A DNA stretch of 64,000 nt from Microthyrium microscopicum (lineage: Eukaryota): the NCBI GenBank assembly GCA_010405405.1, contig MU004236.1:1184070-1248069 (forward strand), written 5' to 3'. The notes beneath the pieces are model-generated. The model worked only from the letters and a program-made list of their open reading frames with translations, had not been told where the DNA came from and ran no database searches. Position 1 is the stretch's first letter. Each line of letters opens with the position of its first letter. This document shows positions 50,954 to 63,117 of the stretch, one piece after another. The position numbers were made by a program, and so were the translations under genes.

Positions 50954-52651
50954 TTATGAGCGTAGTGAGAACCCCTTCTTCTTCGTGCCCTTGGTGCCAT
51001 CGTCGAAAGGTCTACCAGTCTCGATGCGAACCTTGCGCTCTTCCAACTCATTTCGTTGTCTGTCCAGTTGGTCCTTCATTTCCTTGTGCCGTGCGTATAG
51101 TTCCTCTTCGCTCTGGCGCAGCTTGGACTCCTTTTCAGCAACCTTTTGTTGGAACACCATCTTCATCTCCATTTCCATCTTGGCTAGCTTCTGTTCGTGA
51201 AGAGCACGTTCCTCTTCTTGCTTGATGGCAGGGTTGATCTCCTTGAACACACTAGGATCTTGAGTAACACCCATAGCCAAAAGCTTATCAGATCTGTAAT
51301 TTTCGTACAGAACGTTGTTGGTATGCTCCTTGAGCTCTTCCATGTGGGTGCGGATGAGCATTTGGCGCAACTTGACGAAATCGCAGTGCTCCTCATTGTC
51401 GACTTCAATGACGCCCCATGGATAGCGGCGGCCCCTAACCTTGCGGCCATCGGCTGTGGTGACTTCGGCGTTGGCTCCGACAACTGCAAATGGAACCTTG
51501 GACATGATCTCGTTGTTCTCGGCGATTGTCTCCTCATCATCGAGCTCATAACGAGGTCCTTCAAAGATTTGAATGCCGTTGTGTTGGATGTCTGCTAGGA
51601 TCTATTTCAATTAGCGCAGGACTGAAAGGGAGCGCTGCAGAAACTCACTCGTTGCTTGAATGCAAGGATTTCATCGTCGGTAAGAGTATCTGCTTTAGCA
51701 ATAACTGGAATCAAGTTGACTTTTGTGTGTAGGCGGCGCATGACTTCCACGTCGAGTGGTTTGAGAGAGTGACCAGTTGGCTGGATAAAGTAAACGCATG
51801 CATGTATGCGATTGTCGACAATGTTTGTGCGGTTGACTTTGGTCTCAGCCTCGAGATAGGCATCGAATCGCGAGTCAATGTGCTCGACAATTGGTCCCCA
51901 GGACACATCATTGTTCACAAAGTCGCCAAAACCAGGGGTGTCAACCACAGTCAATCTTAAGCGAACGCCATTCTCCTCGATGTCGGCGCTGATGGATTGT
52001 ATAGCAACAGTTTTTGGGCTGATGTCGAGACTCGGTGGCTTACGCTCCTTTGGTGGGTAGAGTGAGGTGTTGAATAGAGTATTGACTAGGGTAGACTTTC
52101 CCAATCCAGATTCACCTGATGCATGTTAGAGAAGGTATCAAGATGGGGAACTATAGATAGCGTACCAACAACCATGACGTTGAAGTTGAAGCCCTTGCGA
52201 ACACTCTTGCGGTGCCATTGGTTTGGCAGATTGGCGAACCCAACATATCCTGTCAGTTTACGTCGAACAATGTTTCGCATATCGCTGGCTGCCTGGGCTG
52301 CGGCTTTGGGGTCTTTCGACGCGACGCTTTGAGGGATTGAGCCTAAGATCACGGTTATTCAAAGTCATTGCGAAAGTCGAAACTCGGGACTTGCCATTGG
52401 ACATGGACATGTCTGGGCTACCGGGTTGGGGTGAAGGGCGTGATGGAGGAGGAGCACCGTTGGTAGCTGGAAGTGAGAAGTTAGTATTGAGTGAGCGGTA
52501 CAAGTCAAGGTAACGGGATATTGAAGGGTTAGCAGCATGTTCCACAAGAACATGCGGCAATCTCAGGGGTGTTTGACGCCCAATGCAGCGCCAGGTCGAT
52601 GAATTGACGTCTTGGTGTAATGGTAGATAGAGAACAGTAGAACTTACCCAT
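50954..52651 (-). CDS. CDC3: Septin Cdc3/AspB, multi-exon with a 4-nt first coding exon
   Basis: [53 protein letters not shown] and a C-terminal coiled coil; ATGG|GTAAGT at 52651-52648. Confidence 0.97.
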
Positions 52652-54099
52652 GGCGACGACAGGTGACGAGGTGAGATGGCCGAATTAAAGCGAAGATAGA
52701 AGCCTATTCCCAGATAATAGAGTCAGACAGACGGAACTGATGAAATATCGACAGGTTCGCACAGGTATAGGCAGCGTGGTTTGCGACAAGATGCGAAGAC
52801 CTCGAAGTTGGGTTCAAGGAAGGAAGCAGGCCACGAGCCGAAGCGCGGAGGAACTCACTGGAGTACGAAGGTTTATGGCTAACAGGGCTCGACTCGTAAA
52901 CAGTTGGGATGTCAGGCCAGGTGCAGATGAAGACAATGGCAAAACAAGAGAGAAGGATGAAGATGAATTGGAGATGGTGAGAGTCGGTTGCGTGTGTGAC
53001 AATGGGGAAGGGAAAGATGAGGAGCGTACGAAAGGGGTGCTTGGCCAAAATGCGCTTGGCCCCTGCGCAGTCAAATCCTCCATTAGGACTAGCTTCAACA
53101 AATGAAGAAAGCGCGCTGCGCCAGGGGAATTTAAGCCGCTATCTAATTTTCAACCATCCAATGATCCAGTAGTAGATGAGAGACTCAGTTTCCCCTTAAC
53201 CGTGCTACTTGACGAGGCGCGTTGTACAATAAAAGAAATTGCGTCGACTTCAGTATGGTTCTACAAGTTACAACAGATGCCAGACTCATTGTTACAATGT
53301 CTGTGAATCGTATCGTATATTGATTTTTCCTGCCTTAAAATGTTACATGCGGCCTCGTACCTTCTTCAGCAAGGTTGTTTGACCAGGTACATTGTACTGT
53401 TGCTAATTGCGAGCAGACCCTTGCAAGGATCACTTATTGCTCCTTCTTCGAGCCCACCAGAATCACTTCATCTCCATATCAAAAATTCAAGTACAGATTG
53501 ACCACATCAGCCCACAGTTGTCGCGGACTTGCGCAAAGAACCGAATAACTTGTCAAGCTTAACTGTCAAAACTTGATACTATTCAAGACTCGTGGAATAG
53601 CTCGCATATTTCCACTGTTCCCCATCAGTGCGATTGATACGTCCACCGCTACGCTAGACTATTCCAAAGTTGGCAAAACACTACGCCATCAGATCTTCTC
53701 TACGTTAACTACGGAGTAAGCGGCGATCTCTTTGTCAAAACATACTGGAAACTGTTTTTTACCACCAGGTTTTCTTTCGCTAGGCCTGAAAGTGCTGTGT
53801 TCCTGACTACAAATCGACACTGTGATTGCAGTAACTTGCAGTAAAAATGTCTGATTTCTGATTGGCCGAATATCTTATGTAATTCGGCCAATGAAAACAG
53901 ATGTATATTCAATATCAACATTAACATCCTGATGCTGCTCCCAACGACTATGATATGTGCCATACATAGGTTATAACACATGTCAAACAGAGAGACGCAT
54001 CTACCTCCAGTCCCATTTGTCACTCTCGTCAGAGTTTCAAACATTCGCTAGAAATTGGAGCCTCTCTAAGTACCTACACTCTTGGAGAAGTGGTTTAGA

Positions 54100-56142
54100 C
54101 GAAATTGCATGATATATTTACCTGGCCTAGGCTACAGGTAGTCGAGGGAAACTTTCGTCCAGCTCTACTGTCCAATTCGATTGTTTTGACGCCAAGAAAA
54201 TATTCATGCATGGAGTACTCAAATGTCTGTATTGGTGTCAACTGCCTTAAAGCAGGTATTCTCTTCAACTTCTTGAAAAGACGAAAGCATTAGTTTAGTG
54301 TTATACTTGTCTTTTCAAGCCTTAGTGGATCTATAGCCAGAGCTTTCAGAGTCCTGCAATATATGTGTCTCCTGATTTACGAGCCAACAATGTCACCATT
54401 CCTGTCAATCCTGGTAGACGGTCTGTGTCTTTGTTCATCTGTCGAGCCGAGTAGTCTTGCACTGTGAGAAGGTACCAGTCTGCATGATTTGCATCCTTAC
54501 TCTCGTCTGTCGGGCTACGCCATCGCTTATTGAGGATGCAGGTATTGATATTGGCCGTGCTCAAAACACGGTCGATATGATGGACATGCGAATGGGACAT
54601 AACATCGCTCTCCTCACTTGTAGTCAAGCTCTGGCACCCCCAAAACTTCTGAAGAGTGCTGTAGTGCTGGATACTAGTACGTTACGGAAGAAAGCGCTCC
54701 TGAAGACCCCTTGCGCGAAGAGAGGTAGGCTCGCGAGCTAATGGATCTATCCCGGTCCTTGACGTCCATGGGCGGGTCGGTGGGAGTAGCTAGAGGTATA
54801 GCTGCTCTAAATGGTGACTGGCCTTTGAGTGATCGTCCTGAGGCGAATTGCTTTGTGAGAAGAGCTGCACCAGGTTAGGAACCTGTCTTTTGCGAAGAAA
54901 TCCTTCTTCATCGGCAGCAGCTCTAGTGGCACTAATAACAAGATGAGCCTCGCGATATACGGAGGCCATCTAGGACGACTCAGTTATCCAGTCTCGACTG
55001 GAAAGTTGGGTGATACACAAGCTGTCAATCCACAGGTAGCGGACTCCCAGTTTTCGAACGACCACCACCGCATCATGAAATGTTTGTGGTAGACTGACAT
55101 GTTGATTCCCTTGATCCGCTGTTCTATGGTGGTTTTTGTAGTGGTGAAGCGAGCGGTCTTGCCCCAGCAGTGCGTCAGAGTGATATATCGCCAGTTTCCA
55201 GTCAGTGAAGGTCCTAAGAGAGCAGATGGGGCAGGCAATGTCATCGTTGCTATCCGTTTCCTTAGCTTCCACCCTATCTTTATCTCTGTCAGGAGCATTA
55301 CCGAAGTTGTTCGTCTGTACTCGATATAAGTCTTGCTCCTCACAGTCTCCAACGGCGTGGCAATGTCCGGTCTGTCGGGAAATTTAAGCAAATCTTGACT
55401 CGCAAGCTACCAGAGACCTAGGGATCGAAACTGTGGGCGACGAAATAGACCTGCAAAGCGTCGGTAGTAGAAGCCATCCGTAGACTCGCATACCGTCCAA
55501 TTACGTGTGGTAAATCTTACTGCTTGACAACGTCTGAGACGCATAGCAGACGATATCTCATCAATTCTGGAGCTTTGATTTCATGCGTTCGAAGAAGAAA
55601 CCCACCTCCTGTCTCAGTCTGCTACTCGAAATCTCATCATGCTCCATTATTGAAATGCTCCTGACGCATCAGTCGCTTGGCATGATCTATGGTATACATA
55701 TAGACCCTCTCAAATATCAGATGGTTATATCCTTGGGCTTGGAAATGTCAAATGCTGAGGACGGAGATGTGTATGGAGTACTTCGTATAGTGTTAATCTC
55801 ATCGCCATGCGCGATGCTGAATGATGCCATGTACGCGATACTTGAGCCAAGAAGACGGTCGCCGATAGACCAATGGCAGAAGCGATGGTGTTACGTATGA
55901 GAAAACGAACTGCAGATAGCCAAAACGGGGAGATAGCGTATCTGTTGGAAAAGCCTCGGTGGCCGAAGAACAACTTGAAATGTCTGGGCCAGCAGGTGAC
56001 CACGAAGATAACAAGCTGGATCGCGTCAACCCGGGATCTTGGTTGAAGTTGGTGGTGTCAGGATTATGAGAGGATGAAATCAATCTGGCTGCAGTGTCTC
56101 AAAGTGTCAGAGCAGCAAACTATGACATCCAGTCATTGTCAT
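54100..56142 (-). pseudogene. HET (heterokaryon incompatibility) domain pseudogene
   Basis: YITLTHCWG, LPQTFHDAV...LGVRYLWIDSLCITQ...DWITESS*MASVYREAHLVISA, QDYSARQM..DTDRLPGL..YIAGL*. Frameshift near 55095; stops at 54970-54972 and 54346-54348. Boundaries approximate. Confidence 0.88.
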
Positions 56143-56252
56143 CGGTGCGGTCAAATTAGAAGCAAATTTTCATCGTGTCAAGGAATGGCTGCTGTGTGAG
56201 ACACGAGAGCGCGAGAAGGACCGAGAAAGGCCTGATTCAAACACAAAAACAT

Positions 56253-59198
56253 GGGCGATGTTATTCCGCCACCCCAAAAACACTATTCGACCACCCTAAA
56301 ATCACTATCGGGCCTCCTTTGTAATTCCGATTAGCTGCTAGTCCCAAATAGGAAATAAATATGTGTTTCTAGAAGTAATAAGTGCTAGCGCTAGGAGGGT
56401 TGCTAGTGCTTACTACTAGCGCGCGATTTGAACAGATCTTGAAGCATAACTAAGCACTTTTATTACTATTTACTACCTGTAGTAATTCCTCTATCTTAAA
56501 GCCGTTTTGGTCTATAATTATACCGTTTGAAGCGTAAATTTAACTAGGAGGCCGCTAACTAGCTCGTCCTCTACCTCCGCGACCTCGTGATGTTATTGTA
56601 GCTATTCCTCTACCTCCGCGACTCCGTAATGTTATTGTAGCTATTCCTCTACCTCCGCGAGTTGATGGTGTTATAGTTTCTCCTTAAGATCCGCGCCCTC
56701 TACCTTGTCTATGCCCTTCGCGCATAGTAGCAATCTAAGCCTGGAGGGCATCTAGCTACGCTTGTAGTAAGTCTTATTTCTTCGCCAAATTATCACGTTG
56801 TTCCTATTTATATATAAATAATATATAAAATAAAGAAGGGACCTAATATACTATAAGTACCTTATTTAAAAGCACTAGTAAGCAAACTAAAGCTTATTTT
56901 TAGCGTTTTTATAATAGTAGAGAGTTAGTAAGGTTGACTACTTTGCAAGCTTATTAAACTATAGTTTTAGTAACTTCTTATAAAATATTCTCATAATCTA
57001 TGGCTTTAGTAGCGATTTAACTATTAATAGTACTAGCTAAAGGCTATAATTCTCCCTCCTAGAAGCTTTATATTCTATTAGTTAAAAATAAAGCTTATCC
57101 TATATATAGACAATCTATAGCGTATATAATATCTAGAGGTAAGATAGTAGGAACTTAAGGAACTAATAGAGGTACAAATTATAGGCCTAAAGAGATCTAG
57201 GTTGCGTTGCTAGATTTAGATTAATCATAATACTAATAGGTATTAATATTACTAGAATCTAGCTACTAAACGTTATTAAAAGCAAAATAATCTTGCATTA
57301 TGTAAGAGTAAGTAATACTATATATTTTAGTAAAGCTTTTAGTACATTTATAAAGATATGCTAGCTAGGAATCCTTATTAACGTATCTCTTATATTACTT
57401 GCTAATTATAATACGAGCTATATTTAAGATAAGATTCTTAAAATCCATATTAAGAACTAGTATTACTAAAGCGCTAGCGTAATAAAATACGTAGATTAAA
57501 TTAAAACCTAAAATACCTTTTATTTTAGTATACTAAGTATTAATAGTAATCTTAATATATTTAACAACTATATATAAGTCTATTTTACTACTTTTAAGCT
57601 ACTTTTTAAAGCTGCCGTAGAGTCCTTCTAATAGTAATGTTATTTAAGCGTTAAAGTGCCTAAAATTAATAATATAATAGCTAGCAAATTAATCTTTATA
57701 TAGCATCTAAGTAGTAGTAAGGTAGGTAATAAGTTTAAAGTATAAAGTAGAATATTTAGCGTTAAAATTGGTCTAGGTAGCTTTATGCTTATTCTTAGTA
57801 AGGAAGTAGACTACCTAGTAATTTATTAGTATTCTAACTTAGATAGAGAGCTAAAGACTAACCTTTTACTAAATATTGTACGTAGCTTCCTTCTTTTTTA
57901 CTACTTTAAAATAACTAGGACTACCCTTTATATATTCCTTAGTCTTAAAGGCTAATTTAAACTAATAATTAATAGCTTTATTTAAGTAAAATAAGTAAAT
58001 TAGTTAAAGCGCTAGTAATATCTTCTTTAGGGCGTTCTTAAGGGCTTAATAGTAATTAGTAAGAATAATATTTAGTAATTTAATACTATTATAGCGCGTA
58101 GAACGTTTAAAAGCTTTAAAGGCCTAAATATAATTCTCTTTAGCTTTACTAGACATAAAGACAAATCTAAGGGAGAAGTATTTACTTATTAGAGTAACGC
58201 TAGTAAAGTAAAGAAGTAGCATCTTATACTTATTAGTACTATAGGTTATATCTATTAATAAGATGTCTAGATAAGCATAATAAAGCTTTATCTACAAAAT
58301 TGTAGCAAAGAAGATAGATTTAAGGTAAAGATCTAGTATAATAAGATATTTATATACTAATTTCTTATCTTCTTTAAAGTCTTAAATTAATGCCTCTATA
58401 GGTATTTTACTAACTAAATATTTAATTTAAGATCGTATTTAATAATTATAAATATCTCATAGAATTATTATTAAAGATTTATTCTTTATAAGCTTTATAA
58501 AGATGCGCTTTATCTCTTAGCCTTAATCTATATATTCGTTAATTATTATACTACTACTAATTAATTTTAATATATCTTAATAGTATTAAGTATATAAAGT
58601 AGAATTATTTAATAGCAGATAGTTATAATCGTTAGGTTTAGTTTTAATCTTCTAAATCTAATTAAACTAAAGGTCCTTATACCACTATATAATAAGCCTA
58701 AAGGAATAGTCTTTTTGCTTTATTTTAGGCTTCTATATACTAAGGGACGTTAAGGGGCGGTTATTATAGTAGTTACATTCATAGTAGTAGACATAAAGAG
58801 TATCTTTACCTTCCTTAGTTTTAGATCGCTTTTTAACTATAGTATAACTATATTATTTGCTATAATTTTGTATATACTTAAGAGCACTTTTAAAGGAGCG
58901 AAATTTGCTATTCTTAAGAGGGAATTTAATAGCTATTTAATATAGTAGTAATAGATTAAAGTATTAGTAGATTTTAGTAGAGTAGTAGTAGAATTTTGCT
59001 AAAGGCAAGAGATAAAGTTAGGATTTTGGTAATATTCTTATAACTTATGAGGCTTAGCGGAGCTAAGCTAAATGTGTAGCAAGAAAACATATTTATTTCC
59101 TATTTGGGACTAGCAGCTGATCAGAATTATAAAGAAGGCCTAATAGTGATTTTAGGGTAGTCGAATAGTGTTTTTGGGGTGGCGGAATAACATCGCCC
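56253..59198 (-). mobile_element. RIP-degraded Mutator/MULE (Hop-like) DNA transposon, 2946 bp
   Basis: ~112-bp TIRs starting GGGCGATGTTATTCCGCC; 9-bp TSD CAAAAACAT at 56244-56252 and 59199-59207; transposase relic on the minus strand near 57575-57661, RHFNA*ITLLLEGLYGSFKK*LKSSKIDL. Confidence 0.95.
56567..56660. repeat. 39-bp tandem repeat (about 2.4 copies) inside the MULE
   Basis: TCCTCTACCTCCGCGA recurs at 56567, 56606 and 56645; minus strand reads RGGRGIATIT-type 13-aa units. Confidence 0.85.
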
Positions 59199-59681
59199 CA
59201 AAAACATTCAGTATTCTGTAAAGTTGACCAGCTCTGAGCATCCTTCGTTGTTAAATTTGGGTGCAACAGATCTCTAAGCTGCGGCGAGGGATAACTTACT
59301 TCATTTGTCCTGGTGCTTGTCACTTTGTGGTTCGCTATCCGAGATCCCGACCATCCGACTACTGCATCATCCACTTGACCTCCTGCTCTGACTCCCAACC
59401 TCTTTGTATCCCTTCAATTCCCTCAAGCTTCTTCGGTTAGCTGTATTGTATCCTCTTCTTCCCTCTCGCTTTCTATAATCCGCCGAAAGCCTTCGTTAGG
59501 ACGCTTGGGAAGCTATCCGTTATCCCTATCTCCGCCCTGCTTCATAGCTCGTATCCGTCATTTGGTCCAGACATCGACCTCAGCCCTTGCACGAACCAAG
59601 CTTCCCTCATCCTCTTCTGCTCGAACAATCCTGATCCGATGGTCTTCATCCTTTCGTTATATACGGAGAGAGCGGTGAAAT

Positions 59682-61244
59682 ATGCCTATATCATTCGGTG
59701 ACCTAGCTGATGCCTTCGAGGCTGAGCTAAACGGGGACAAGTCTCGAGATGCTTTCGTAAATGCACAATACCCAGACATGGAGATTAGGGGGTCAACATC
59801 ACCAGAAAATGGAGGAAAGATTCTGCTTACAAAAGATGAGAGACCACTCAGCCGGGGAGAGCTCATAGAAAGACTAAAAAGAAGTCGAAGTCCTATCTGG
59901 ACCAAGTCCCTCGAGCATGGTACATCAGTAGCTCGGTCAGAGCCACAACTACAATCACCCAACACAGTCACTCAGGATATGCTTGAATCTGCCATGGGAA
60001 TCAATAGAAGCTTGAGAGATGATTCTGAACAACATAATCTGGAAGCTGGAATGGAGATTATGCGGCCTGGAAGCGCTCTTCACTCAGGAGACTTTAGACA
60101 AGAACGAGAGCTTGGAACACCTCTAGAACCTCTCGAGAACCCTTTTTCGACGAGTCCCCTTGGAGGAAACAGCTTCGCCAATTTCCCAGACCATAGCTCC
60201 TTCGGCCCACGACCTCGTTCAAGATCCGGATATGCATCGCCATTTTCAAACCTACAATTGCACGTGCCTACTAGTCCTTTGGTACATCACTCGAGCAATA
60301 TCGACATAGGAAACCCCCTCAATAGGCAGCGGTCACCCAGTCCAAGCCGAAGACACTCCTTCTCTCCAATGATCACCAACTTCCGCTCTGAGCGAGCAAG
60401 TCCAGTTCCCACGGGAGCCATTTATCAAGCTAACCATTCATGGCGGTCAATATCAATACCCCAAACGCCGCAGCTGCGTCCACGCGGCTCATCCATCTCG
60501 TCCGAGATGTCTACCCTGCACCTGGCGCCTATGGTAGGCTCATTCGAAGAGTCCATCCTACGCGGTCGGATGTCGACTGCACCTTCCCGGCCGCTAGACT
60601 TTATAGCACAAATCGGGGTACTAGGACGCGGCAAGTGCAAACCGAGCCTGCGCTGCCCACCTCATGTCAGCGTATCCTTCCCAGCGGTATTCTACAGCTA
60701 TGGTAATACCACTAGCCAGCCCATGAACAACTCGCCTAGCCCATATGTTGGGCATATTGATGTGGAGAACAACTTCCCTGCCTACGATGGCAAGTCACCG
60801 TCTGGTGGCTGCTACCGTATTCCGCAGCAAGGCCAGCTGCAGATCATCATCAAGAATCCCAACAAAACCGCCGTCAAGCTATTCCTGGTACCATATGACC
60901 TTAGTGACATGGAGCCTGGCCAAAAGACTTTCATCCGCCAGCGCAGCTTCAGCGTCAACGCCGAGATACCACTCGCTAGCTCTGCCGATGGTCCTATCAT
61001 CGATGGACCATTGCCTGTGCCGCCAACACAGCAGACTGGCGAACGGCCTACGCTGCGCTACCTTGTGCATCTGAACATATGCTCTCCAGCGCGAGGACGA
61101 TACTTCTTGTATCGTAGTATTCGCGTGGTGTTTGCAAATCGTGTGCCAGATGGCAAGGATTCCTTACGAAACGAAGTCCAGATGCCTTCGCCACGATACA
61201 GTGCCTATAATCCTGTTATTCCCTCGACACCGAAGAAGGATTGA
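59682..61244 (+). CDS. DUF4210 / Chromosome_seg domain protein (FAM214/Atos-like)
   Basis: MVGSFEESILRGRMS...FIAQIGVLG...CPPHV; GQLQIIIKNPNKTAVKLFLVPYDLSDM...KTFIRQR; LRYLVHL. Confidence 0.92.
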   Translation: MPISFGDLADAFEAELNGDKSRDAFVNAQYPDMEIRGSTSPENGGKILLTKDERPLSRGELIERLKRSRSPIWTKSLEHGTSVARSEPQLQSPNTVTQDMLESAMGINRSLRDDSEQHNLEAGMEIMRPGSALHSGDFRQERELGTPLEPLENPFSTSPLGGNSFANFPDHSSFGPRPRSRSGYASPFSNLQLHVPTSPLVHHSSNIDIGNPLNRQRSPSPSRRHSFSPMITNFRSERASPVPTGAIYQANHSWRSISIPQTPQLRPRGSSISSEMSTLHLAPMVGSFEESILRGRMSTAPSRPLDFIAQIGVLGRGKCKPSLRCPPHVSVSFPAVFYSYGNTTSQPMNNSPSPYVGHIDVENNFPAYDGKSPSGGCYRIPQQGQLQIIIKNPNKTAVKLFLVPYDLSDMEPGQKTFIRQRSFSVNAEIPLASSADGPIIDGPLPVPPTQQTGERPTLRYLVHLNICSPARGRYFLYRSIRVVFANRVPDGKDSLRNEVQMPSPRYSAYNPVIPSTPKKD

Positions 61245-63117
61245 ACATGTATTTGCTTTTTATTGCCATTTATGAGACCCCGAGAACCCCACTCCTGCGA
61301 TTAGCGATTAGACTTTGATAGATTTGCTACATGAATCATATGAACTTTTCTTAGACGCTGTCCCGACTATTCTAAGCCTGTTTATCTTCTGAAATTGCTA
61401 TTCAAACTAGGATTACAGTCCCGCCACGGCTCCGCTTGATGCCAGCGTGTTGCATAAATCTGGCCGATTCCCAAATGTTTAGAGAGACCATCGCCATTGC
61501 TGGTACACCGGAGCGATCGAGTAGCATGACATTCAAGGACCACACTTCGCCCGCTGCCTCAATCCGGCTATTCTCTGCATCGATGACCACTTTGTCGTGA
61601 GCAGTCGAAAGAACGCAAAAGTATGATAGCTCAAGATCGAGAGTTACCAGGATATGGCGATGTATCCTCATCTGCCCAATGTTCGATTCTAATTTCTCTG
61701 TGATTCCGTTCTGGATGGACAAGGTGCACTGGTTACAGGATTGGTACACCCTTCAAGTAAGATTAGGCGGAATCGACTTGTTATTAGCCTGTTGATGGAG
61801 GCTATCAGCATGAGGAAGCTTCGGCCTCCACAGATATTTCAACCTTCATGTTTGTGGTGCATGAAATGGGTTGCGTGCGTCCATTTGCTTCTGATTAGTA
61901 CCAGAAATGATGATGCCTCTTCACTCATCTTCTGCGCTTGAACTGAAAGCTGGATACATTCAGTATCATTGAAAATTATACTCACCACAACCATACATGA
62001 AGCACATAATTGTAGAGAAAGATGACTATTCCTTCAACAACTCTACCGCCTATGCCAGACAAGTCGTTTGGACACGATCTAGAGTACAGAATCTGACCAC
62101 TAAAAGCCAGATTCCATACCTTCAAGAAATTTCTACATACAGTCAAAAAGGATGAAAGAGAAAAAAAGCAAAGGATTGAATTTGGATATCATGCATTCAA
62201 GCCCCAAGCAAGCAATACAAAGCTAAGCAGACACTAGCAAAAACAAAGGTTTTTGAATCCCTATAAAACCCTATCATCAACCGAATGCCCCAAGCTCCAA
62301 GCGCCGCCCATCCAGAGAGAACCATTGAGAATTCTTTTCAAGGAGACGAATCAAGAGAGGTTGTGGCAATGAAGGAGGAGTAATGAGTCGGAAGGAGGTC
62401 GTATGTCTTCAACAATGGAGAAATTCCGGAGTAGAGATCCAGCAGCTCGCTAATGTGAAAAGACATGTCATAAAACCACAAAGTCGCCATATCGTCTGAA
62501 CAGAGCCAGTTCCTGCCCGGTCTCCGGTTGAGGGGATCGGAAAAGTCGAATGAAGTGAAATCAAGGTTTGTTCTTGGGCATCGATGTTCAGTTGAAAAGG
62601 ACCATGTGAGATGATATGCCGAGTGCTGTGTAGAGGAGATTAAAATAATGAAATAGTCCAGACACCAAGTCCTATACGAGACCGTGCAGAAAAGTCATGG
62701 AGGTCCTGTAGCAGTAAAAGTATGGATGAAGGATTTTAGGTTGCAGATTGGGACCGAGACCCAGACGGTAAGGAGAGCAGTTCCTGATTTGCAATTGCTC
62801 GCAACTTAGGAGGGGGAAGTGGAGTGTATCTGTAGCTGGCGGGTTGAGTGATAGTTGAGGCAGAGTGTTTGTTGAGAAGATCAAGGCAACTGCACCAGAA
62901 GCAAATCAATGCAACCACATCGTATGCTGGGATATCTGAACATAAAGTCATGAATCATAAAGCTGATGAATCGTAGTCATGAGGGTGTTTGGTCTTCGGT
63001 CCAATAAGAAACAGCATGAGAAAGAGGAGAAGGACTCGATTGATGGTAAGTGAGTATTAGAGTCCAACAAGAAAGTTGTATGAGAATAGGTATCAGTTGG
63101 TTGAGAGGACGAAACTC

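Noticed and set aside
54970..54972. In-frame TAG in the HET gene as an A-to-I editing-corrected (UAG>UGG) stop
   Set aside because: The position does not correspond to a conserved Trp, and the gene also has frameshifts and a TGA stop. A plain pseudogene is the simpler explanation.
56567..56660. CRISPR-like repeat-spacer pattern
   Set aside because: The intervening sequences are near-identical, so this is a tandem repeat inside a eukaryotic transposon; no cas genes are present.
28665..59198. Starship or other giant mobile element spanning the accessory genes
   Set aside because: No tyrosine-recombinase captain is seen, each AT-rich island has its own paired ends, and core genes lie between them.
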